Part shown: positions 53,522 to 64,000 of the stretch, piece after piece
How the letters are laid out: every line of letters starts with the position of its first letter
How positions within the stretch are numbered: the first letter of the stretch is position 1
DNA from: Octopus sinensis
Taxonomy: Eukaryota
Length of the DNA stretch: 64,000 nt
Direction: 5' to 3'
Assembly (NCBI RefSeq): GCF_006345805.1
Contig: NC_042997.1
Location: 134,912,001-134,976,000 of the forward strand
Made by a program: the position numbers and the translations under genes
The notes under the pieces: generated by a model
Told to the model about the DNA's origin: nothing
The model's input: only the letters and a program-made list of their open reading frames with translations
Database searches by the model: none

Positions 53522-53899
53522 CACTACCGTCAGAAATTAATTAGCACCCTTGATTTGCTCTTCACTCAAGGTATGTGCTGTCACCTAGTGGCCATATCTC
53601 GAACTATTGCTTTGTTGCGAGTTCACTGTTGCGCAGAACGATGACGTAACTTTGTTTGCAGAGCAGTTTGAGAGTCTACAGCCTTATGATGTTGACATAG
53701 CAGTGCAACAACAACTTGGAGTGCGGATGCAGACAAATTCCTTTGTTTAATAGATATAGGTAGCGCCTCGCAAGGACCGAAATCACACCATACTAAGTTT
53801 TCTCATTGCGTAAGACGTTTTGAACAGCTCATAGGTTAATTGATTTAACCTATTTAATGTAGAAATTTGAGAAGTGCTAATTAATTTCTGACGCAAGTG
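53522..53899. mobile_element. Tc1-like MITE
   Basis: TIR cact(ac/tg)cgtcagaaattaattagcac; TA at 53520-21 and 53900-01. Confidence 0.85.
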
Positions 53900-55205
53900 T
53901 ACTGTGTCAATTAGTGAGTTTCATTATTTGATAATAATTAACATGTGATTTGGTCTTAAATGTTAACCGCTTAATTGTGACTTTTTTTATTTGTACATTG
54001 TAGTGTACGTATAAGATGGATTTTTCTTGCCTACCTGTATATATCTAATTATTACCACATTTTGCTACATATGAGGTTAAGTCCAATATCATTTCCTTGT
54101 AGCCTTAATCGAATCGCTGAATTACTCGTACTAGTTGCATCCTCTTAACCACAATCCGTGGATTCTTACTCTTTTCATTGTTCCCTCATACATGTTATAA
54201 CGTTAAGATGCTGAAGGACATAAGCAGCTCCCGCATCACTTATATCATTGACTTCTCCCGGAACCTTTTTCTTTTTCTTGTTTATTTATGGACATATTCA
54301 TTGTAGTGGTTCTAACTCGTGACTTCCGTTCAAATTGTAACTGACCAATTATAAACACCGCTAGAATGAGACTTGCTATTGTGGACCATAAGGGGGACAC
54401 TTGGTAATAATTTCTGTGAGTAAATTTTCTTAAGCGACCCACGGTAATTGTTTTGGATACATTTACTTGAGTGTACAACGTTAGCATAGGTACCGCCCTT
54501 TGATATTTATGCTAGTAATTTTCCTTATATATATTTTCTTGATAACTTCTTTTCTTAGAATTTTTAAACATCCTGCCCACCACTTAAATTGCAACTACTC
54601 GTTAATAAATTGTAGTATTCGCTAGACCATTACTAGCTCACTCTTTTACCTACGGACCTCGTAGCCTCTAAATGATAGATTATATACTTTTAACATATTG
54701 GGCTTCTAGACTTTTTTCGAGACCATGCTTTCTTTCTTTTTCTTTCTTATCTTTGTCTATATTGCATACTCTTGTTTTTACGTTGATGAAGCTCCGTGCC
54801 TTAATTCGAATGCCCTATGAAGATGAAGAACTTTGTTCTCACATTTATTTATAGACAGCATTTTGACAACGGATCGGAAACGGCCGTAAGATATGTTACG
54901 TCACCTATTTGTTATGTCATGCTTTGTATTAAAAAATAAGCTATAAATGTGGTCCAATCGATGTGTTTGTTAATCTGAGGTTTTCTAAATTTTCTGATTA
55001 TTTGTATTTGTTTCCTGATAATTTCTTGTTTATCCTGTTGTTATATCCACTCTACGTGCATAGTGTGCCTGCTCACCAATGCCCGGGGACAACACAGATA
55101 ACTTATACCGATAGCATATACGGATATTTTATCCCTTAGTCGGTTATTATAACTGCTAAGCCTGTTTACATTTGATATATGTATGTATGTATATATATAT
55201 ATATT

Positions 55206-55281
<76 letters not shown>

Positions 55282-55552
55282 AGTAAATATGCGCTATATA
55301 CATATATTTAGACACACGCGCATATATTATCGATAGAGCCTTGAAAGTATTGGGTACATTTCTATCTCTATACGAGATATTTAATTAGAAGAAAACGCGA
55401 AACGACTTAGTGTTTAGTGCTTTATCTTTATGCATTTTTTACTGTGGGAAACGAGGAAAATGGATTTGAACTTCAAAACTACATTATAAATCGTATATGG
55501 AATTTCAGATGTATAAGTTTGTATACATATATATTTATATACAATGCACACA

Positions 55553-55592
<40 letters not shown>

Positions 55593-56431
55593 GCACACAC
55601 ACACACACACACAATGCACACACACACACACAATGCACACACACACACACACACACGTGGCACTTGAGTCACTTCTGCCGATTAAAAATAATAATAATGC
55701 TTTCCACTATTGATATAAGACCCGAAATTTTAATGGAGGAGGCTAGTCGATTAACCCTGTGCTCAACCGGTACTTTATTCTACCCCGTAAGTATAAAAGG
55801 AGAAATCTAACTTCTGCGGAATTCGAACTCGCTAAGCATTCGGAATACTAACCGTTCTGTCAGCACTCCGACTTTATATACAGCTATGGATTCAGAAGCA
55901 AAGTATATTTCAACTGTTTGTATCTTTCTTTCTTTCTTGAAGAAAGATATACACTTAAGATATGAACTTACGATCCATTAGAAAAATCTACAGTCTTATC
56001 TCTCTGGCTATTATATTTATATTTATAAGCCAAATTTGTTATCACTTCCCCAAGAGGAAAAGCATAATGAGAGTAATTTGCTGCAGAATCGCTAAAATGG
56101 TAACCAAATCATTGATAAAATTGTTCTGCTCAATGATATTGTTCAACGGTTTATGAATCGGCTTCATAAACTGAAGGAAATGCATATATTCACACTCTCA
56201 TATGTAACTATGTATATAGATTCATTACTATTCCGATTCGCTAGTTTAAATACTCACGTTTCTAGGTTCCCGAGCTGACACATGCACACGCTTCACACAT
56301 ATATTTATATGAATAAATGCACGCACACAAATATATACTCATATACACTTGCAGATATATATGCCTTTGTAAAAATTATATATATATATATATATTTAAG
56401 ATAGAGAATATTTTAGTGGGAAAACATCTTA

Positions 56432-56502
<71 letters not shown>

Positions 56503-56585
56503 ATATATAAAACAGCTGTAATCTAATGGAATAAATAATAAATATTCCCTCACTTCATTTCTCTTATACTTTCGCCCAATTTCTC

Positions 56586-56670
<85 letters not shown>

Positions 56671-57227
56671 AAACAAGCAGTTGGATACGTGGCCATTCAC
56701 TTCACAAATTGCAAATTTGGTATATTTCATTGAAATTTAAGTCAGAAGTATTACTGTTTTGACTGTAAATTGTGATGAATTTTGTGAGAAACGTGAATAC
56801 AAATTTTGGTTCTAGTTTGAAGTGAAGCCATCAGGTCTATGCAATTTATACCTTTCAAAACTCATAAAGTCATACGAACCTATTTCCTATAACCTACATT
56901 TAGAGCTTTCAATTTAGGCATCCTTCGTTACTTTTCTTTATTACATTTCCAGTGTTATATAATAACAGTTTATCCTCTTATAGATGTCACACAAGATTTC
57001 TTTTATCTTTTACTTGTTTGTCATTAGACTGCGGCCGTGCTGGGGCACCGCCTTAAACAAATGCTTTTTAGTCAACTGAATCGACCCCAGTACTTGTTCT
57101 TAGTTAAGCCTGGTGCTTTTTCTGTCGGTTTCTTTTGTCGAACCACTAAGTTATGCGGACATAAACACACCAACACCGTTTGTCAAGCGGTGGTATGGGA
57201 CAAACACAGACACAAAGACACACACAC

Positions 57228-57359
<132 letters not shown>

Positions 57360-57668
57360 GTGTACGACAGGCTTCTTTCAGCCTCCGCCTGCCACATCCC
57401 CTCAGAAGGCTTTAGTGGGCCTGAGGCTATAGCAGAAAACATTTGCCCAAGGTTCCACCCAGTAGGACTGAACCTGGAACCATGTGGTTGGAACCAAGTT
57501 TCTTACCACACATCCAAGCCAACGAAAATTGTGATTGAACATCTGTACATGAGTTACGTTTAACATGATTATTATGTGATTGATGTGTGCACAGTACTCA
57601 TACGTCGAATATTGGTAAAGACGGTTTCTACATGAGTAAGGTAGTTCCCTATTCATATTGAATGGCAA

Positions 57669-58021
57669 ATATACATGTGTATTTTTTAATAATATATTAT
57701 TATTAATATTAGGAAATCAATATCAAAACTTCTCAGAAAGATATACACGTGTGAAAAATAACTGTTGTATTAAAAATATATAAATAAATAAATATTAATA
57801 TGTATAAAAATATATGTAAATATGTATAAGTATAAATATATAATGTATATGACAGTTTAAAAGTGTGGAATTAATTATTTTTTATACATATTTATATTTA
57901 TTTATTTATATATTTTTAATACAACAATTATTTTTCACACGTGTATATAATTCTGAGGAGTTTTGATATTGATTTCCTAATATTAATAATAATATATTAT
58001 TAAAAATATATATATGTATAT
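57669..58021. repeat. AT-rich foldback with ~130-bp arms
   Basis: Non-simple core (taggaaatcaatatcaaaact.ctcagaa..tatacacgtgtgaaaaataa.tgttgtattaaaaat) present in both orientations, about 90% identical. Confidence 0.8.
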
Positions 58022-59992
58022 AATCGCTCGTATTAAATATATAAATACTCTAATAGTATTAATACTTTGATACAATTGAGCACTCAATATAAATTCAATA
58101 TATAATATTCTCATTGAATATATATAACTATACATTTATGAATGGCAAATATGAATAAATAAAAAAATAACTTAAGAGTAACACATATCTTCATATTTTC
58201 CGCAAATGTATGATCGTTGATGTTGATGCAGTTGTTGCTATCATTATTGTTGCTGTTCAAACTCAGGTCAGCATTGATCCTGCCCACTTAGATCGAAAGT
58301 ATTCCAGCCATGATCATCTTGTTTTCTAAAAAAATATATCCCGGACTAATTATTCATTATGTCCATTTTAAGATGATAGGGCGTGGTTGGATGTTGATTT
58401 AAATGTTATTTCTAATAGGTTATGCCATTACACTGAGACACACAAGCAGACATTGTAAAAGCTATAAAAATAATTATGTACGATATTTAGTTTTGTCTCT
58501 CTGTACGTTCTGAATTCATCTTCCAAAATAAAAACATGTCATTGACATTTATCTCTCCGCTGTCGATTAAGTAGATATCGGTAATATAAGGAACTCATTT
58601 AAATCGATTTTTTATTTGGCTTTAGTCTCAATAAAGTAAGTGCGCTCAGACCATCGCAGCCTTTCAAAATTTGGAGATATTAAAGCTGTTGCAAATGACA
58701 GAAAAAATATGCGCAGTAAGGGAGTTCCAAAAGATGAACATTCTTGGCTGGATAGGTTGGACATTGTGGTTAGTGAGGAGTCTAAAATAGCTGAGTGGGT
58801 ACAAAATAAGAATAACCAGTTCTGAGTAGTAAAGCCCATGGTAGGAGACAGAAGAGAAAGGGAGGTGAAAAAGAAAGAATGAGAGAGAAAGAAAGAGAAA
58901 AAGAGAGAAAGTGAGAGAGAAGAGACAACACGTTTATAGGCCGGAGAAGATGGCAGCTAAACTGACTGATTTTCATTAGACATTGTCAATGTTCTCTGGA
59001 TGTAATAGCTCCAGCGCCTCATTTGATGTAGGGCAGGAAACCTTTATTTACTTTAGATTTGTAAATATTCGACATTGTTGAGAGTTAAAGCATGTTCTAA
59101 CTTGCATTAGAATTGATCTTATATCTAAAATATAAATCAATATATACTCGCCGTAATTATCACTCCAATTATTTGATACATTTCTGTTTTGAGCTAAAAT
59201 TTCCAGTATGAAAACCATTAATGTCACAACACATTATATCTTTTTTACTGTTAACTGCTAAATTGTAGGATGAATGTGTTATTCGAGACAACACTAATAT
59301 ATATTTTGGAAATATTTACAGTGAAGGATTTATATTGCATCTGAGCATTCTAAAACTGAAAATTACTTAACCTAATTAACGTAGTCACATTCAATCGTCA
59401 AACTGTTAATACAATCACACCCATCGTCACTTTAAAATATTTACAGACTTTCAACTACCATGTAGATATTACTGCACCCTGCGAACATGAGTTTTCAAAT
59501 CACTCACAGAGACACAGGAAAACACACATAATGTATTTGAAGACAAATTCTTTACCTTCCCTGTTTTTATTCATCCCCACCATAACCTCCACATTTAAGA
59601 ACATTTGTCAAACAGCATTGGTCAAATAAGATTAACTTTGAAGGATAGACTTACGGTGCACAAACAACAAATCCGGGACCACTCAAGTAGGAAAATTCCC
59701 GTTAGCCAGCACCTAGACCAATGACCCATAGACAAAATCCCTAAATACCAAATATTTCCTCTCTATCAATGCACTGGAAACATTTCAACCCAATTCCGTC
59801 TAAATAAGGAAAACATACTGATTAAAAAATATAAACCACAGCTAAATATCTTTTAGAAAGTAAAAAAAGCAGTATAAAGAAGAGAAAAAACACCCAATTT
59901 CAACACAAAACTAAAACAATAAAACTTTAGTAAGAATCTTCCACCCGGGTTTCGAAACCGTAGCTCCAAATCACCACACAAAGACAAGATGC

Positions 59993-60065
59993 TGACGTCA
60001 CCCACCTCCAGTCCAATGAAATTCCACAAACACCAGTTGCTGACGTCACATAATTCCAAACCAAT
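59993..60065. promoter_or_regulatory. Candidate promoter: two tandem CRE (TGACGTCA) + CCAAT modules
   Basis: CRE 59993-60000 and 60041-60048; CCAAT 60013-17 and 60061-65; spacing 12 nt in both; period 48 bp. Function is inferred. Confidence 0.55.
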
Positions 60066-60461
60066 CAAAACCGAACTTCAACGAAAAGATCCTTTCAGAA
60101 AACCAACCAACCGGAACGACCTATAACTGTATCCTGCAAGGAAACCAACCAAGCAGAATAACAAGCTTGACCACGGGACAAAAACGTCATCAATTTTTTG
60201 ACGAATCAAGATCAGATCCGCTGGCAGAAAAAAATTTATAAATACACATTTCCCTAAAACATACCATTGCAAGCGGAAGCAACTGTTTAAAGATCTGAGA
60301 AACCGTAATTTCCCCCTTTTTTTACTATTTCAATTCTGACACTGTATTTTTCCAGTATGACTTGTCGACCACCACTGAAATTAATGAACCTTGTACATTC
60401 TAAAAAATTAATATACAGTTTTAATTTCAAACCTACACCTATTTTGAACATGATAATTTAT

Positions 60462-60570
60462 CAACATTGAAACATTTTAATTTAACAACATTGAAACATT
60501 TTAATTAACAACATTGAAACATTTCAGTTTGTCAACATTGAAACATTTTGATTTGTCCACAATGAAATTT
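60462..60570. repeat. Minisatellite, ~23-24-bp unit (caacattgaaacatttt...) x4-5
   Basis: Directly visible tandem units. Confidence 0.8.
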
Positions 60571-60755
60571 ATAACGATGTTTTTCAAATTTTACACTTTT
60601 ACCATTGATAAACAAAAAATATTGTTGAAACTAGTTTGTATATATGTAAATAAATGTATTTTAAACATTTACGAGTTTTGAAATTTAAGTGCAAATTCAA
60701 CAACACATTTTCCTATATATTTTTTCCTGCGTGGAAACACCACTCCCTCTTTTGC

Positions 60756-60861
<106 letters not shown>

Positions 60862-62829
60862 TGTATATATACATATATATGTATAAATTATGAGTTAGAG
60901 GTTATGCAACCGTCTAAGGGATGGGATACATGTATCCGTAGGCACTACTGGTGTATTACCTAACTATCTATAGGCCATGCTATAAGGTTAAAAGTAGTTG
61001 GTACTTTAAATGGCGAACTGTAGTTTAATATATTCAGATAAGAAAAGAAATGGAGCAACAATTAACAATTAGAAGTCGATCATTGATATTAAATGGCCAT
61101 AGTTTATAGTTAAAATAACATTTACAGCTGTTTCAGTTTGTTATTTCTGAGGTAAAATTGCATTTATCTCGTTCCATGTAAGAAGCATCGTCAGAATGAT
61201 TTGGAGTTTGTCAGAGGAATATTGTCAGAAGGAAAAAAGGAAAAGAACAAGGAAACAAGAAACAAAGGAAAACAATTTAAGTCTTTAGGGTTACATTTTT
61301 GTGTCCTTTAAAGTTTGCACGTGTGTGTACATTACTTCAAGTAGATGAATGGCGCAGTAAGTGAGGAAATTGACTAGTTGACCGGCGGTGTTAGTCGAAA
61401 GAGTTATACGTGATAGTAATATCCGGTGCCATTAATCGTAATAAATAACGCTATTTAAGTCTGTTACATAAGTCCCTATGATTACAAATAATGCCTTTGT
61501 TAAAAATTAAGGATGCTCTTAAAATTTTAAGTGCAAAACCTGGCTTACGTAAAAAGGTATAACAAATACAAATATATATATATGAGAAAGAGAGAGAGAG
61601 GCAGAAATAAATGAATAGATCTATAAATATACATATATATTAACACACACACACACACGCACATACACACACATACACACACATGCATGTGTATGAATAT
61701 GTAATATGGTGATGATAACTGCTATCCATAGGGTCCCTAGGTTTGCAGATAGGAGAACTGTCTATAGATGTACATGTTAATTGCAAATACTCAATAAGCT
61801 GTACCGGACAAAAGTCAAGGTTTCACTTTGGCAAGGCATAGCACCCGTTAGCCACCCTGTCAGAGTCGCGGTGGAGTTCTTAAGCACTGAAAAGAGCCGA
61901 AATGCCACCATCGTTGGAAAGCAGGATAGCACTAGGGAATGAAATGAAAGACTTAAAAAAATATTTTGCATTTGTATTTTCCCCACTTCGCTGAACATAT
62001 TACAATTTTATTTATCTTGGTCTGGGAAAGCCGTCAATTTGATTGGCACTGCCATTGTCTATTGGACCTACGATCGTAGACGAGAAATTTGCAATCGAAA
62101 GGCATCCTACTATGGAGCAAGCTCGACCAGATGATGGTAATGGTATATACATACACAGATACATATACACACTCACACACACATATACGGACATACATAA
62201 AAAATATACATGCATGCATATATGTATGTGTATGTGTGTGTATGTCTGTGTGTGTGCGCGCGTGTACGTTAGTACATACGAGTGAATCACAGACATGAAC
62301 TGTTTCTATGTCAGATATATGCGGCATATATTTCTATTGGATAGAATGCGTTCTTTTGAATGGATATATTTGTAAACTTCTTATGAATAAATGTACGAAG
62401 TGTACGAAACATTCCTGAATGTCTTTCCGTCTCTCATTATCTATGCACACAAACACACAAACACACAAAATGGATCTAAGGTAAGTCCCGCTCCAAAGGC
62501 TTAAAAAGCTGGTTTCTCGGATTCCATAATATACATATTCCACCAACCCTGGACAGGATGCTGTCCGTCGCAAAATAAACTCATTTTCGCAAGCATATTA
62601 GACGTGAAATGAGGTGTTATCCTCAAGAAGAGAACGCATCGGGGACCGAAATTGTAATCTTACAATCATGAGTGCAGCGTCCCTAACTACACACACGCAC
62701 ACTCACACGCAAACACACACACACACGAACGCACGCACATTTACATAAAGAGCTAGAAAGAAAGAAAAAGAAAGGAAGGAAGAAAGATTAAAGGAGAGGG
62801 AGGAATAAAGAGAACATTTTACAAATAAA

Positions 62830-62947
<118 letters not shown>

Positions 62948-62977
62948 TTTATTTGTAAAATGTTCTCTTTATTCCTC

Positions 62978-63015
<38 letters not shown>

Positions 63016-64000
63016 CGTGCGTGTGTGTGTTAGTGTGTGTGGTTTTGTGTTTAGAGAAGACTCTTTGGAACGGAATATATTTTCAACATGATACTACAAG
63101 CACGTTTCTTGGTCAGTTCTGACATTCTTCTTGAGTGCATTTCCAGTCATCCTCGTTCAGTTCATTTTTCTTCTACTTTCTTACCTTATTAGTTTTGTCT
63201 ATGGATTAGTATACTTACTTTGAGTTTCGGACTGAAATCATGCAGATCCACTTCAGTTGAGAACTATAAAATTGTGTCACATTTATCAAGTGTAATTTTC
63301 AGTATTCTAAAGCACGTACTCGAGATAACATCTAGCACTATAGTGGGGAATAAATTTCATCGATCAATACCAAGAAATACTTACACTAGTTGGATTCAAT
63401 CTCTTTTTAACTGAGTGCTGTCTTGTCTGACGGCGTAGAGCACCTACCTGTTCTAGTAGTGCGTTTTGTTCTTATTTGATACTCGATTCAATTCACGATT
63501 AGAATTTATTTACATGCTTTTATAGATTTTCTAATAATTTACACTTGGCATAATTATTTACCAATAACGTAAATTTCCCTAATGATTCTTCAAATCTGTT
63601 GGTTTAAGTCGAAAATACATCCACCACTTTTGTTTCTAAGTTCGAATATTCTGCTGAGTTAGTATTGTTCCTAAAATAATTTATTAGATATCTATAATAT
63701 TAAGTACCAGCAGTATTTAATTGTCTAAACCAAATCTCTATAGCAAAGCAGTTTTATTTAATTAGAGTAGTTAAACTGCTTGAGGCAGTAGCACTTTTAA
63801 CTAAATATATTACAGAATGAAATTCCTTGGTTTCCGATTAGAGTTCAAATTGAGAAATAAAATTCTTTGATTTCCGATTAGAATTCAAGTTGCTCATTGA
63901 ACTAGATAAACAAACTACAGATATACAGCAGTCCAGATTGCTTCTTCATAATACGGGACAAAAATTATTACAAAATTAGATTAGAGATGAAAAAAACTTA

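Overview
Eukaryotic, AT-rich (mostly intronic/intergenic) DNA packed with microsatellites, SINEs, MITEs and LINE fragments. The repeat families look like those of a coleoid cephalopod (Octopus-like); this is recognition from memory, not a search. The one solid gene is a minus-strand SLC6 Na+/Cl- solute symporter of the SLC6A15-20 / invertebrate orphan branch. Six exons (28729-29033, 20377-20538, 17938-18048, 14279-14480, 8426-8544, 5495-5696) have GT-AG boundaries and compatible phases and give 367 continuous codons covering about TM2-TM8. I could not find the TM1 exon or the TM9-12 exons in the window. Most interesting observations: (1) a 108-bp near-identical copy of the EL2-coding exon end sits in the upstream intron with an in-phase AG and the original GT donor; (2) a Dong/R4-like RLE retrotransposon family sits in (TATG)n tracts and carries a (TATG)n tract in its own 3'UTR, and one such tract has itself received a 550-nt structured insert; (3) head-to-tail SINE dimers share one junction and are each bracketed by a single TSD; (4) a duplicated CRE-12 bp-CCAAT module near 60 kb looks like a promoter, with a downstream GTAAGT donor; (5) several long hairpins and inverted SINEs could form dsRNA in the transporter pre-mRNA. 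No prokaryotic-type system (CRISPR, operon) is present, and most ORFs in the supplied track are microsatellite artefacts.
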